Shown piece after piece: positions 1-9,722 of a DNA stretch of 62,225 nucleotides. The position numbers and the translations under genes are program-made. The notes under the pieces are model-generated. The model saw only the letters and a list, made by a program, of their open reading frames with translations. It ran no database searches and had not been told where the DNA came from. This DNA comes from an uncultured Fibrobacteraceae bacterium (GTDB lineage: Bacteria; Krumholzibacteriota; Krumholzibacteriia; LZORAL124-64-63): assembly GCA_964549735.1 (NCBI GenBank), contig CAZJWO010000004.1, positions 1 through 62,225 on the forward strand. The letters are read 5' to 3'. How positions within the stretch are numbered: position 1 is the stretch's first letter; each line of letters begins with the position of its first letter.

Positions 1-14
1 CACCACCCAATCCT

Positions 15-47
15 ACACTCTTTCCCTACACGACGCTCTTCCGATCT
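15..47 (+). other. Illumina TruSeq adapter/read-1 primer sequence (assembly artefact)
   Basis: Exact ACACTCTTTCCCTACACGACGCTCTTCCGATCT at 15-47; its reverse strand gives the tell-tale 'IGRASCRERV' end of ORF 13..615. Genomic sequence starts at about 48. Confidence 0.97.
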
Positions 48-48
48 C

Positions 49-1185
49 GAGGAGTTCACCGTCGCGCAGCTCCTGGCCGAGGGCGACGCGATCCTCGCCG
101 ATCCCGAGACGTCCGTCGAGCTGGTGCTGCAGGTCGCATCGGCCGTCAAGCGGGCGGCGCCGCCCGCGCAGTACGTGCCGTATCTGGAGCGGGCCCTGGC
201 CGTCACCGCCGAGGTTCCCGCCGATCCCGAGCTGGCCGCCGACTACGAGCGCTACCGCCGCCAGCTCGCGGTCGACGAGGCGCTGCTCATCCGGCGCGAC
301 CGGACGCTGGCCCTGCGGCTGCGGCGCGAGAACCTGTCGCCGGACTGGATGCAGGACACGTCCGAAGTGCATCGATTCGCCTGGTGGTGCTACGAGAACG
401 ACCTCAACCTGGCCGAGGCGTATCGGCTGACGGTCGCCGCCGCCGCGGCGGTCGCGGGCGACGCCGACCGCGCGAGCATCCTGAATACCGGGGCCGCGCT
501 GGCGTTCAAGCTCGGCGATCTGCAGCAGGCCGTCGCCCATCAGCAGGAGGTCGTCGCGCTTTCGCCGGCGCGCGAGCGCTACCAGACGGCGTTGCGGAAG
601 TACGAGGCGGCCCACGCGACGGCGGCCGGCGAGTTCGTCGAGCCGCGATCGCAGACCGCTTTCCCCGACCGCATCACGATCGCCAATGGCGCCGGGACGG
701 CGACCCTCGTCGCGACCGGCGCGGGTCTGCGCCAGCGCACGATCATGAAGATCGACGCCTACGCCATCGTCTCCTACGTGAGCGCGGGCCTCGACCTCGC
801 CGCGGCGGCGGACGCGGGCGTCGATCCCGGCGCGGCGATCCGCGTCGTCGATGCGCCGAAGCGCATCCAGCTGGATCTCAAACGCAACGCCCCGCGTGAC
901 CGGCTGATCGGCAGCCTCGCGAAAGCCATCGCGGCCAACTATCCCGACATGTCAGCCTTCAGCGACGACCTGGCGGCGTTCCGCGCCTGCTTCGATCGCG
1001 ACGGCCGCGAAGGCGACCGCATCGTCTTCGACTACCTGCCGGACGCCGGCCTGGTGATCACCCTCAACGGCGAGTTCAAGGGCGCGATCGCGGGCCCGGC
1101 GTTCATGGAGGCGCTGTGGTCGGTGTGGTTCGGCGCCAGGCCTGTGGACGAGCGGTTGAAACAGGATCTGACGGCGCGCGTCTGA
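49..1185 (+). CDS. 5'-truncated protein: TPR-like helical region plus C-terminal chalcone-isomerase-like domain
   Basis: Frame is open from 49 (EEFTVAQLL...) into track ORF 124..1185. TPR-like 'ASILNTGAALAFKLGDLQQAVAHQQEVVALSP'. C-terminal 'GLRQRTIMKIDAYAIVSY...ALWSVWFGARPVDERLKQDL' resembles the chalcone isomerase-like fold family. Confidence 0.7.
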   Translation, partial: EEFTVAQLLAEGDAILADPETSVELVLQVASAVKRAAPPAQYVPYLERALAVTAEVPADPELAADYERYRRQLAVDEALLIRRDRTLALRLRRENLSPDWMQDTSEVHRFAWWCYENDLNLAEAYRLTVAAAAAVAGDADRASILNTGAALAFKLGDLQQAVAHQQEVVALSPARERYQTALRKYEAAHATAAGEFVEPRSQTAFPDRITIANGAGTATLVATGAGLRQRTIMKIDAYAIVSYVSAGLDLAAAADAGVDPGAAIRVVDAPKRIQLDLKRNAPRDRLIGSLAKAIAANYPDMSAFSDDLAAFRACFDRDGREGDRIVFDYLPDAGLVITLNGEFKGAIAGPAFMEALWSVWFGARPVDERLKQDLTARV

Positions 1186-1226
1186 GGCGGCGCCAGCACA
1201 GGACGCGCGAGCCCTGAGCGGCAACG

Positions 1227-1257
1227 AAAGGCGGCCCCCTTGCGGGGGCCGCCTCTT
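1227..1257. terminator. Intrinsic terminator hairpin between convergent genes
   Basis: GGCGGCCCCC-TTGC-GGGGGCCGCC, a 10-bp stem flanked by AAA on the left (U-tract for the minus gene) and TCTT on the right. Confidence 0.75.
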
Positions 1258-1275
1258 GCGTCGGTCGATGTCGGA

Positions 1276-3294
1276 CTAGTTGATGACGCGGCTCGGGTAG
1301 CTGCCGGGATCCACCTCGTTGCCGCTGCTGTCCTCGAAAGCCCGCAGCTCCAGGGTCGATCCCACGATGTTGGTGTTCGCGGGGATCAGCAACGTGATCG
1401 TGCCGCCGTTGCCGCCGGCATTCCAGGCGAACGACGTCGTGGTCCCCTGCGGGTTGGTCAGGACGATGACGGGCGGCACGGCCCGGTTCAGGTACTCGCC
1501 GTTGGTCGCGTTGAAGGGCAGCGTGATCTCGCGCGGCGAGGTCGTGTTGTTGTTGCCCGAGCCGCCGACCTGAGCGCCGATGGTGCCGGTCGGCGCAATG
1601 GTGTCGCCGATCTCCACCGCGGACGAGAGCGCTCCGCGGCCGCTGTTGTTGCGCGCGGTGGCCACGAAGGTCACCGTGCTGCCTTCCACGAACGGCGTGA
1701 CGATCCCACCCGTGTAGTAATCCCAATCGGAGGGCAGGTTGACCGAGCCCGTCTGGAACGTCGCGGCCGGGTCGGCCGTGACCGAGCCGAGCAGGCGGGT
1801 CTCCTTGGCGTTGTTCCAACGGCCCCAGATCTCGTAGGTCCCCGCGTCGGCGACGGTGTTCCAGAAGAAGGTGAATCCCGTCGTCGTGTTGAAGTTCACC
1901 TCGAAATCCGGGTCGTTGAACCGGAAGCCGGTCACCTGGCCGGGCACCGGCAGAGCGGCGGCGGTCGTGAACGTCCAGGACTGCGCCCCCAAGATATCGC
2001 CAGGCAGCGTCGAGGCGATCGTCGCGCCGAGCCAGTAGACCGTGCCCGGCAGCAGCGGCGACAGCGGCGCGATGCTCACCGTCTGGTTGCTGTTGGTCAG
2101 GGTCACGGCCGCGGCGATGATGGTGCCGCCCGCGTTGGTGCGCCGCAGTTCGACGGTCGACCGCGTCAGATCGACAGGCAGGCTATACGTCAGCTCGATG
2201 GCCTGGCCGACCGGGAAGTCGATCGACACGCCGTCGATGGTCTGCAGGTTCGTGCTGACGAGCTGGATGCCGTCGATGGTCCGGAAATCGATGGTCCGCG
2301 AGAAATTCACGCGGCTCTGCGACTGTCCGGTCATGGAGAGGCGGTACAGCGCGTTGGGCAAGAGCGAGACGTAGGGGTCGAGCGTCAGTTCGAGCCCGTC
2401 CGCCGACCACTCCTCCGCGAACAGGACGACGCGGTTGGCGGCCACGTGCCGCAGGTCGATCGTGAACGACTCGGCCAGCATCGGCTCCGAGAACACGATC
2501 TCGAGGTCGTCATCGAGGCCGAAGTCGCCGTTGGCGAAGTTGTTCTGGATGATCAACGGAGCGATGCCGGTCACGCCGACGACGATGTTCGGAGCGAAGA
2601 CCTCGGAGGCGTGCACGAGACCCACTTCGACCGCCTGCTGACCGAAGTTGTGGGTGCCGTCGTTGTGGGGCATCGCGCGCGAGTAGATCGTGCCGGCCGC
2701 GGGCAACCCTTCGAGCGCGTAGTTGCCGTTGGCGTCGGTCGTCGTCTCGTACTTGTCGACGGAGAGGTCGTACCCGCCGAAGTCGGCGACCACCGTGACG
2801 CCGGACGCCGGGGCGAGGCTCTCGTTGTCGACCTGCTTGAAGACCCGGCCCGAGTAGGCCGCGGTCATCGGGTAGAGGTACATGTCGTAGTAGTCGCTGT
2901 AGTGGAAGTCGCGGCTGCTGGGCTGCTCATCCATATAGATGTCGTCCAGCGTCGGGATCCACACGTAGGTCCGGCCGACGGCGTAGGCATCCGCCACATC
3001 CTTGGAGCCGGGGAAGTGGAAGGTGACCGTGTAGTAGCCGGAGTCCAGCTTGTCGAAGACGTAGTAGCCTTCGCTGTTCGTCTTGGTGGTGACGATCTTG
3101 CCGTCGATGGCCGCCGTCACGACGACATCGGGCAGGCGCGCGTTGTTGATCGCGTCGACGACCACGCCGTGGATGGTGCCGATGACTCGGCCGTCGACGT
3201 AGTTCTCGTGCGAGGCGTCGACCTTGTGTTCACTGCAGCCGCTGGCCAGGAACACCAGCGACAGGGCGAGAAGAGCGAAACGAGTTGCCCTCAT
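1276..3294 (-). CDS. Surface lipoprotein with carboxypeptidase-regulatory-like, bacterial Ig-like (Big_5/SbsA-type) and Fn3-like domains
   Basis: Start reassigned to ATG 3294 (GGAGGT RBS). Lipobox 'LVFLASG|C'. 'IHGVVVDAINNARLPDVVVT...TNSEGYYVF'; two Ig repeats 'LEIVFSEPM', 'IELTYSLPVD'; Fn3-like 'VPGQVTGF...FFWNTVADAGTYEIW'. Confidence 0.7.
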   Translation of the reverse strand: MRATRFALLALSLVFLASGCSEHKVDASHENYVDGRVIGTIHGVVVDAINNARLPDVVVTAAIDGKIVTTKTNSEGYYVFDKLDSGYYTVTFHFPGSKDVADAYAVGRTYVWIPTLDDIYMDEQPSSRDFHYSDYYDMYLYPMTAAYSGRVFKQVDNESLAPASGVTVVADFGGYDLSVDKYETTTDANGNYALEGLPAAGTIYSRAMPHNDGTHNFGQQAVEVGLVHASEVFAPNIVVGVTGIAPLIIQNNFANGDFGLDDDLEIVFSEPMLAESFTIDLRHVAANRVVLFAEEWSADGLELTLDPYVSLLPNALYRLSMTGQSQSRVNFSRTIDFRTIDGIQLVSTNLQTIDGVSIDFPVGQAIELTYSLPVDLTRSTVELRRTNAGGTIIAAAVTLTNSNQTVSIAPLSPLLPGTVYWLGATIASTLPGDILGAQSWTFTTAAALPVPGQVTGFRFNDPDFEVNFNTTTGFTFFWNTVADAGTYEIWGRWNNAKETRLLGSVTADPAATFQTGSVNLPSDWDYYTGGIVTPFVEGSTVTFVATARNNSGRGALSSAVEIGDTIAPTGTIGAQVGGSGNNNTTSPREITLPFNATNGEYLNRAVPPVIVLTNPQGTTTSFAWNAGGNGGTITLLIPANTNIVGSTLELRAFEDSSGNEVDPGSYPSRVIN

Positions 3295-3457
3295 CAGAGA
3301 GACCTCCTTGCGATTCGGGGAAAGGTCATCTTTCTCCGGGTTTGACCAAAGCTTACCGGTTGCATGCAAACGCATGGCAGAATCACATCCCCTTTGCTTA
3401 TTCCGTTCAAGGGGTTTACCGGTTTTTCGAAAGCCTGACAAGCAATTTTTCTAGATT

Positions 3458-3880
3458 TTACGACCCTCCCTTGCTGTCGTGCGGACCGAACAGATCGCGC
3501 AGGTCCTCACGATTCAACAACAAAAGGGTGGCGACTCCCAATAGCGTACCGAGCGGCACGTTGAGGCAGGCCACCGCGGCAACGACCATGCAGAACGTAT
3601 GGCGGCGGCGCATCAGCAAGCTGCGCCCCGCGAAGATCAGCACGCCGACCCAGATCCAGGCCAGCAGGACGATGAACCCGATCAACGTCAGGCCTAGGGC
3701 TCCGGTGGCGACGGCCGGCAGCAGGCCGGAATCGCGCCTGGCTTCCTGCGCCAGCTCCGGCCACCAGATCGACGCGACGAGCAGCCAGAACGCGGGCAGC
3801 AGCGAACCCAGCAGGACGACTCCGGCATAGACGAAGTGGAAGATCGCCAGCAGGCGGATGTGCTCGCGGCGACGGTCCAT
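3458..3880 (-). CDS. Small multi-pass membrane protein, function unknown
   Basis: ATG 3880 with GGAGGGG RBS; 'HIRLLAIFHFVYAG', 3-4 hydrophobic helices, 'CLNVPLGTLLGVATLLLL'. Confidence 0.7.
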   Translation of the reverse strand: MDRRREHIRLLAIFHFVYAGVVLLGSLLPAFWLLVASIWWPELAQEARRDSGLLPAVATGALGLTLIGFIVLLAWIWVGVLIFAGRSLLMRRRHTFCMVVAAVACLNVPLGTLLGVATLLLLNREDLRDLFGPHDSKGGS

Positions 3881-4066
3881 GACAGCCCCTCCAGTGCCCG
3901 GAACCATGATCACACGCCCGGCAGCCTATACTGTTCCATCGGATCAGCGCTGGCAAGCGAAGAAACTATTGATATAAGATGATGCGATCGAATTCCTACC
4001 AATGCGCTTACGGAAAACCCGTGCCTTCATCGGCCCCGCGAGCGGCAACGAGAGTCGAGTGTCGAG

Positions 4067-5473
4067 ATGCAACTTTCTTTCCACGGCGCCGCCGGTTGCG
4101 TGACCGGCTCGCGCTTCCTCGTGACCAGCGGCCGGCGCCGCGTGCTGATCGACGGCGGCATGTTCCAGGGTCTGAAGAAACTGCGCCTGCGCAACTGGGA
4201 AACCCCCGCCTTCGACGTGGCCGCGGTCGACACGGTGCTGCTGACCCATGCGCACCTCGACCACTCGGGCTGGCTGCCGCGTGCGACGCGGCTCGGCCTG
4301 CGCGCGCCGATCCACGCGACCGAGGGCACGGCCGAGCTGCTCGAGCTGTTGCTGATGGACGCGGCCCACCTGCAGGAAGAAGACGCGGCGTGGGCCAACA
4401 AGAAGGGCTACTCGAAGCACGACCCCGCCCGGCCGCTCTACACCACGGTCGACGTGCTGCGGGCATTGAAGTACGTGCGGCCCCAGCCGTTCGACCGCTG
4501 GCTCGAGCTGGGCGACGGGTTGCGGGCCCGCTTCGGCAACGCGGGCCATATCCTCGGCGCGGGTTTCATCGAGTTGCGGGTGCCGCCTGACGGCGGCGCG
4601 GGCGATCGCGAGCAGACGGTCGTCTTCAGCGGCGACGTCGGTCGCTACGGCGTCGCGTTGCATCGCGACCCCGACCCGCTGCCGGCCTGCGACGTGCTGG
4701 TCGTCGAATCGACCTACGGCGACCGGGCGCACACGACCGAGCCGGTCGCCGGCCAGATCCGCCGGTTGTTCGAGCAGACCATCGCTCGCCGCGGCGTGGT
4801 GCTGATGCCGGCGTTCGCCGTCGGGCGCGTGCAGCTGGTGGCCTTGATCCTGCGCGAGCTGATGCAGAGCGGCGAGCTGCCGGCGGTGCCCATCTACGTC
4901 GACAGCCCGATGGCCGTCGACGCGACGTCGATCTACAGCCGCCATCTCTACGACACGAACCTCGACGACGGCGTGGTCGACGACGGCCGCAGCAGCCTGT
5001 TCCCCGCCGAGGTCCATCTCTGCCGCACGGTGCACGAATCGAAGCAGCTGAACACCATGGAAGGTCCGCTCGTCATCATCTCCAGCAGCGGCATGCTGAC
5101 CGGTGGCCGCATCCTGCACCACCTCGTGCGCCGTCTGGGCCGGCCGGAGAACCTGATCCTCTTGACCGGCCATCAGGCCAGCGGCACGCGCGGCCGCGCG
5201 CTGCAGGACGGCGCGAGGTCGCTGCGCATCCATGGCGAGGATTGGCCCGTGCGCTGCCGCGTCGCGACGATCCACGGCCTCTCGAGCCACGCCGATCGCG
5301 ACGAGCTGCTGCGCTGGATCGCGACCGCGCCCGAACCGCCGCGGCGCGTCTTCGTGGTGCACGGCGAACCGGAGGCGGCATCGGCGTTCGCCGCGGCGCT
5401 GCGCGACGGCGCCGGCGGCGTCGCGATCGGCGAGGTCACGGTGCCCGAGCTGGACCAGGCGTTCGCGTGGTAG
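4067..5473 (+). CDS. MBL-fold metallo-hydrolase with beta-CASP/RNA-specificity domain (YSH1-like RNase family)
   Basis: 'GAAGCVTGS', 'THAHLDHSG', 'AGHILG', 'FSGDVG', 'ESTYGDR', 'SSHAD', 'VHGE' motifs. Confidence 0.92.
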   Translation: MQLSFHGAAGCVTGSRFLVTSGRRRVLIDGGMFQGLKKLRLRNWETPAFDVAAVDTVLLTHAHLDHSGWLPRATRLGLRAPIHATEGTAELLELLLMDAAHLQEEDAAWANKKGYSKHDPARPLYTTVDVLRALKYVRPQPFDRWLELGDGLRARFGNAGHILGAGFIELRVPPDGGAGDREQTVVFSGDVGRYGVALHRDPDPLPACDVLVVESTYGDRAHTTEPVAGQIRRLFEQTIARRGVVLMPAFAVGRVQLVALILRELMQSGELPAVPIYVDSPMAVDATSIYSRHLYDTNLDDGVVDDGRSSLFPAEVHLCRTVHESKQLNTMEGPLVIISSSGMLTGGRILHHLVRRLGRPENLILLTGHQASGTRGRALQDGARSLRIHGEDWPVRCRVATIHGLSSHADRDELLRWIATAPEPPRRVFVVHGEPEAASAFAAALRDGAGGVAIGEVTVPELDQAFAW

Positions 5474-5491
5474 GGTGACCCGGCGCGGCCG

Positions 5492-6316
5492 TCAATCCGC
5501 GAAGAGGTCCGCGTACTCGTCGAGCGCCATGTACATGGCCTCGTAGCCGGCTTCGTACGGCTGCTTCCACTCGTCGAAGTCCTGCACGCGGATGTCCGGG
5601 TCGATGAGCGGGCGCACCAGGATGTCGGGCGGGTTCAGGGCCAGGCGCACGTCGGTCAGCAGGCGCTGCGGGATGTCGTAGGCCTTGGTGACGATGTCGA
5701 GGATCAGCGGCCGGCGCAGGGCGCGCTGGGTCAGGCTCTCCCACCAGGAGCCGTGCTCCTCCTCGAAGGCCAGCTCGCGGTTCGCGGGCGCCGCGACATC
5801 GACGGCGATCACCGGCTCGTGCGTCATGGTGCGGATGATGTCGACGGGCAGGTTGTTGATCAACCCGCCGTCGAGCAGGATGCGGTCCTCGAAGCGGGCG
5901 GGCGGGAAGACACCGGGCAGCGAGATCGTCGCGCGCACGGCGGCGCGCAGGTCGCCCTTGTCGAAGACCACCAGACTGCCCTGTTGGATGTCGCAGGCGG
6001 TCACCTTGAGGGGGATGCGCAGGTCGGCGAAGGTCGGCGCCAGGTAGCGTTCGAGTGCCTTCTTCAGCTTATGGCCGCGGTTCAAGGCCTCGCGGTCGCC
6101 GATGTCCAGCAGCTCGGTGAAACGGAACTCGCGGGCCTGGGCGAGCAGGTCGTCGGCGCTGGCGCCGGCGCCGTACATCGCGCCCACGATGCCGCCCATC
6201 GAGCAAGCGGCGATGGCCACGGGTTCGATGCCGCGCTCTTCGAGCGCCTTGAGCACGCCGATGTGCGCGTAGCCGCGGGCGCCGCCGCCGCCGAGCGCGA
6301 GACCGACCTTGGGCAT
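5492..6316 (-). CDS. Patatin-like phospholipase (RssA/NTE family)
   Basis: Start at ATG 6316 'MPKVGLALGGGGARGYAHIGVL'; nucleophile 'ACSMG'; 'LLDGGLINNLP'. Confidence 0.92.
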   Translation of the reverse strand: MPKVGLALGGGGARGYAHIGVLKALEERGIEPVAIAACSMGGIVGAMYGAGASADDLLAQAREFRFTELLDIGDREALNRGHKLKKALERYLAPTFADLRIPLKVTACDIQQGSLVVFDKGDLRAAVRATISLPGVFPPARFEDRILLDGGLINNLPVDIIRTMTHEPVIAVDVAAPANRELAFEEEHGSWWESLTQRALRRPLILDIVTKAYDIPQRLLTDVRLALNPPDILVRPLIDPDIRVQDFDEWKQPYEAGYEAMYMALDEYADLFAD

Positions 6317-6576
6317 CTTGGGACCTCCGGCGTGGGGATGCAGGTGCCGTTGCGATCCCGGCAAATCAAGGCAGATCGCGGCCGCGGGGCAAGCTGGTCC
6401 GCTCCTGCCGTCGGCATTCCAACCGATATCCCAGAACCGGACGGTGATTTGCAGCCGGCCGCAACATTCCGAATTCTCAGGCAAATATTCTGCGACTAGA
6501 GAAAGCGCGGCGAAGATACCCAGGGGGGCGCACCGGCCACACGACCCATGGCCGCACGCCCCCCGCCTCAATCAAC

Positions 6577-8613
6577 CTACTGCAAGAACTCCCCCAGCCA
6601 CTCCCTCTTGGTCTGGTACCAGTGCAGCGAGTTGTTGGGTTTGAGGATCCAGTGGTTCTCGTCCGGGTAGTAGACGAAGCGGCTGCGCACGCCGCGGTTC
6701 TGCAGGATGTTGAACAGCTCCAGGCCGTGGTTCACCGGCACGCGGTAGTCGAGCTGGCCGTGGATGACCAGGGTCGGGGTCGAGAAGTTGCCGGCCCCGT
6801 AGTGCGGCGACGACACCGCGAAGTGGTCCGCGCCATCGCTCCAGAACTCCCCGAAGCGCCGCTTGCTCGCGCCGTAGTCGGCCGCGTACTGGGTGTACCA
6901 GTTGAAGACGGCCGCGTGCGCCACGAGCGTCTTGAACGGATGCTCGCGCCCGAGCAGGATCGAGGCGAGGTAGCCGCCGTAGCTGCCGCCGCCGGCGGCC
7001 ATGCGCTCCTTGTCGATCCAGGGCTGCGCGGCGAACCACTCGGCGGCCTTGATCGTGTCGGTGTACGGCAATTCGGACTGGTAGGGGTTGATCGCGTCGG
7101 TGAAGTCCTGCCCGAAGCCGCTCGAGCCGTGGAAGTTGTGCCAGGCCGTCACGTAGCCCCAGCCGGCGAAGACGTGCGCGTTCCAGCGCCAGTGGAAGCT
7201 GTCGCCGATGCCGTTGTGCGGCCCGCCGTGCAGCAGCAGATAGAGCGGGTAGCGCTTGCCGGGGTCGAAGCCGGGCGGGTAGACGACCCACATCTGGATC
7301 GCGGCGTCGTTCGCGCCCTGGTAGGTCACGCTCTCGTAGCGGCCGAAGTCGACCGCGCCGAGCAGCTCGTCGTTGAACGTCGAGAGCTTGGTGACGGCGC
7401 CGCGGCGCGGATCGACGCGCACGAGCGTCGGCGGCTCGCTGAAGCTCTGCCGCAGCGCGACCAGGACGCGGCCGTCTTGGGAGAGCTGCGGACTGCCGAA
7501 GCTGTGCTCGCGCGTGAGCGCCCGGGTCTGGCCGTTGCGCGCGTCGATGCTGTAGAGACGGTCGTGCGCCGCGTCGTCGATCGCGGCGTACAGCGTGCGG
7601 CTGTCCGGCGCCCAGACGACCCCGCTGACCGTGCGATCGAAGTCCTCGGTCAGGATGCGCCGGGTTCCGGCGTGGCGATCGTAGAGCGCGAGGCGCGCCC
7701 GGTCGGCGTAGAAGCCCGGGTTCTGGCGCGCCGAGTAGGCGAGCAGCTTGCCGTCGGGGCTGTAGGCGGGCGCGAAATCGGCCGCCGGATTGTCCGCGGT
7801 CACGTTGCGGGCGGGGCCGCCCGCGGCCGGCAGCACGTAGATGTCGAGGTTGGACTCGATGCCGGTGGGGTCGGAGTCGGCCACCACGGCGATCTCGCGC
7901 CCGTCGGGGGCGATGCTGTAGCTGCCCGTGCCGGGGTCGGCCAGCGGCAGATGCACGCCCGAGCCCGGCGTGATGGGCACGACCTCGCCGCCCTCGCGCG
8001 CGACGCGGAACAGGTGGGGCTCGCGGTCATCGTGCCAGCGGTCCCAGTAGCTGACCGGCGCCTGGTCCCACATCTTGGCCGAGACCTTCGCCTCCTTGCG
8101 CGCCTTGATCCGCGCGGCCATCTCGTCCCAGTCGGCGGTGTCCTCCCAGACGCGGCTGATGAAAACGATCTCGCGCGCGTCGGGGAACCACTGCGGCGCG
8201 CTCGCGCCGGTGGGCAGTTCGGTGACGCGCCGCGCCTCGCCGCCGGCCAGCGGGATGACGTAGATCTGGCCCTGCTCGTCGTCGCCTCGCCGCGAGACGA
8301 ACGCGATGTGGCGGCCGTCCGGGCTCCACGCCGGACCGCTGTCGCTGCCGCTGTGCGTCGTCAGCTGGCGGGCCGGGCCGCCGTCGGTCGGCACGAGCCA
8401 GAGATTCGTGACGCTCTTGTCGTCGTCGAGGTCGAAGCTGGTCAGCGTGACGACGGCGAGCCGGCCGTCCGGCGAGATGGCCGGGCTGCCGAGGCGCTGG
8501 ATGCGCCAGAGCGTCTCGGGGTCGAGCGGCCGGCGTTCGGCGGCCGCGGCCGGATCGACGGCCCACGCGAGCGCGACGACAAGCGCCAGCGCGATCAGGA
8601 TCCTGGGGCTCAT
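6577..8613 (-). CDS. Secreted S9 family peptidase (dipeptidyl/acylaminoacyl peptidase) with PD40 beta-propeller
   Basis: Signal peptide 'MSPRILIALALVVALAWAVDPAAA'; PD40 repeats 'PAWSPDG'; 'LHGGP', 'GGSYGG', 'DYRVP', 'ENHW' catalytic triad. Confidence 0.93.
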   Translation of the reverse strand: MSPRILIALALVVALAWAVDPAAAAERRPLDPETLWRIQRLGSPAISPDGRLAVVTLTSFDLDDDKSVTNLWLVPTDGGPARQLTTHSGSDSGPAWSPDGRHIAFVSRRGDDEQGQIYVIPLAGGEARRVTELPTGASAPQWFPDAREIVFISRVWEDTADWDEMAARIKARKEAKVSAKMWDQAPVSYWDRWHDDREPHLFRVAREGGEVVPITPGSGVHLPLADPGTGSYSIAPDGREIAVVADSDPTGIESNLDIYVLPAAGGPARNVTADNPAADFAPAYSPDGKLLAYSARQNPGFYADRARLALYDRHAGTRRILTEDFDRTVSGVVWAPDSRTLYAAIDDAAHDRLYSIDARNGQTRALTREHSFGSPQLSQDGRVLVALRQSFSEPPTLVRVDPRRGAVTKLSTFNDELLGAVDFGRYESVTYQGANDAAIQMWVVYPPGFDPGKRYPLYLLLHGGPHNGIGDSFHWRWNAHVFAGWGYVTAWHNFHGSSGFGQDFTDAINPYQSELPYTDTIKAAEWFAAQPWIDKERMAAGGGSYGGYLASILLGREHPFKTLVAHAAVFNWYTQYAADYGASKRRFGEFWSDGADHFAVSSPHYGAGNFSTPTLVIHGQLDYRVPVNHGLELFNILQNRGVRSRFVYYPDENHWILKPNNSLHWYQTKREWLGEFLQ

Positions 8614-8913
8614 GAGTGTCATCCTCGAGGTTTCGACTGCTCGTCGGTGGTCTGTTCTTTCGCGACGCGCCGGTTCGTTGCGGATCGCGAGCTTCGTGGC
8701 CGCCGCCGGCCGGCGCGCCTCGACAGGACAAGGAACATCAGGCGCGGGAAATCCGCACGACCTCGCCATCCGCGCGCCGTGAGCGAGCGCGGCCGGCCGG
8801 GCCTTTCGCTTGCAATCTCGACCGTGGAGGCGCCGGCGCGACGAGCATCAGGAGCCTTCGCAGTACGGAGCGCCCGTATCAGGCATCATCGGACGTGATC
8901 GCGGAGTTGCAAC

Positions 8914-9633
8914 ATGCCGGAGCACCTTGCAAACCACGACCAGGGCGGCGAGGTCGCCGGCGACGCGCTGCGGCTGATCGATGAGGTCTTGCGCCCGGTC
9001 GACGAAGCGCCGCGCCAGGCCGACGACGCGTCGCGCCTGGTCGACGCAGTCCTGCGCCCCGCTGCGGCGCCGCCGCCCCGCGCCGAGGCTCCCGGGCGCC
9101 GCCTGCAGGTCGGGCCAGACAACCCCTCGGCCGCCGACGCCGGCCTGCGCGAGGCGAACCGGCTGCTCGAGCAGCAGGATTACGACAAGGCCGAACCGAT
9201 CCTGATCCGCCTGGTGAAGGAGCGGCCGCGCGATCCCGAGCCGCTGGCGAGCCTCGCCGTCTGCGTCGCGGCGGGACGTGGCCAGTTCGCCACCGCCACC
9301 AAGCTGGCCGACCGTGCCCGCAAGCTCGCGCCGGGGCGCGGCTGCGGGTGGTTCGCCCTGGGCTACGTGCACCTGCTCGGTTCGCGCATCGCCGAAGGCT
9401 ACCGCTTCCTCGAAGAAGGACGCCGCCGCGATCCCCAGGATCCCCGCCTGCGCTGGGGGCTGCAGGACTGGGAAGAGCGCCGCCTCGGCGCCGGCCCCGT
9501 GGCCCCCCGCCGCGGTCCGGCGGCGCGGCTGGCGACCGTCGCCCGCGAGGTGGTCGCCGACCGCCGCGTCGTCCTGGCCGGCGGACTCTATGTGCTCTAT
9601 CGCGCGGCTTTCCTCTATGCGCAGCTCGGGTGA
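8914..9633 (+). CDS. TPR-containing protein with C-terminal hydrophobic anchor
   Basis: TPR-like 'EANRLLEQQDYDKAEPIL...PRDPEPLASLA', 'GWFALGYVHLL...RRRDPQDP'; C-terminal hydrophobic tail. Confidence 0.65.
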   Translation: MPEHLANHDQGGEVAGDALRLIDEVLRPVDEAPRQADDASRLVDAVLRPAAAPPPRAEAPGRRLQVGPDNPSAADAGLREANRLLEQQDYDKAEPILIRLVKERPRDPEPLASLAVCVAAGRGQFATATKLADRARKLAPGRGCGWFALGYVHLLGSRIAEGYRFLEEGRRRDPQDPRLRWGLQDWEERRLGAGPVAPRRGPAARLATVAREVVADRRVVLAGGLYVLYRAAFLYAQLG

Positions 9634-9722
9634 ACCGGTCGCGGTTCCAGTTGCCAAGGCGGGCGAACGGCGCGATGATCGGCCCCCGGTCGCGATCCCC
9701 GCGGCCGGCAAGGAGTGCGATC

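Noticed and set aside
13-615. 200-aa minus-strand ORF
   Set aside because: Antisense to the real gene, and it ends in the adapter-derived peptide 'IGRASCRERV'.
1240-3345. Very long antisense/alternate-frame ORFs (also 6622..8898, 10627..13131, 33930..36329, 47603..49441, 50516..53332 and many Arg/Ala/Pro-rich ORFs)
   Set aside because: Expected shadows of real genes in very high-GC DNA; no motifs, no RBS, and they mirror opposite-strand codons.
3340-3457. AT-richer intergenic region with a CCCCTT...AAGGGG inverted repeat and TTGTCA-17-TAAACC
   Set aside because: Weak -10 and short stem; probably the lipoprotein promoter but not supportable enough to call.
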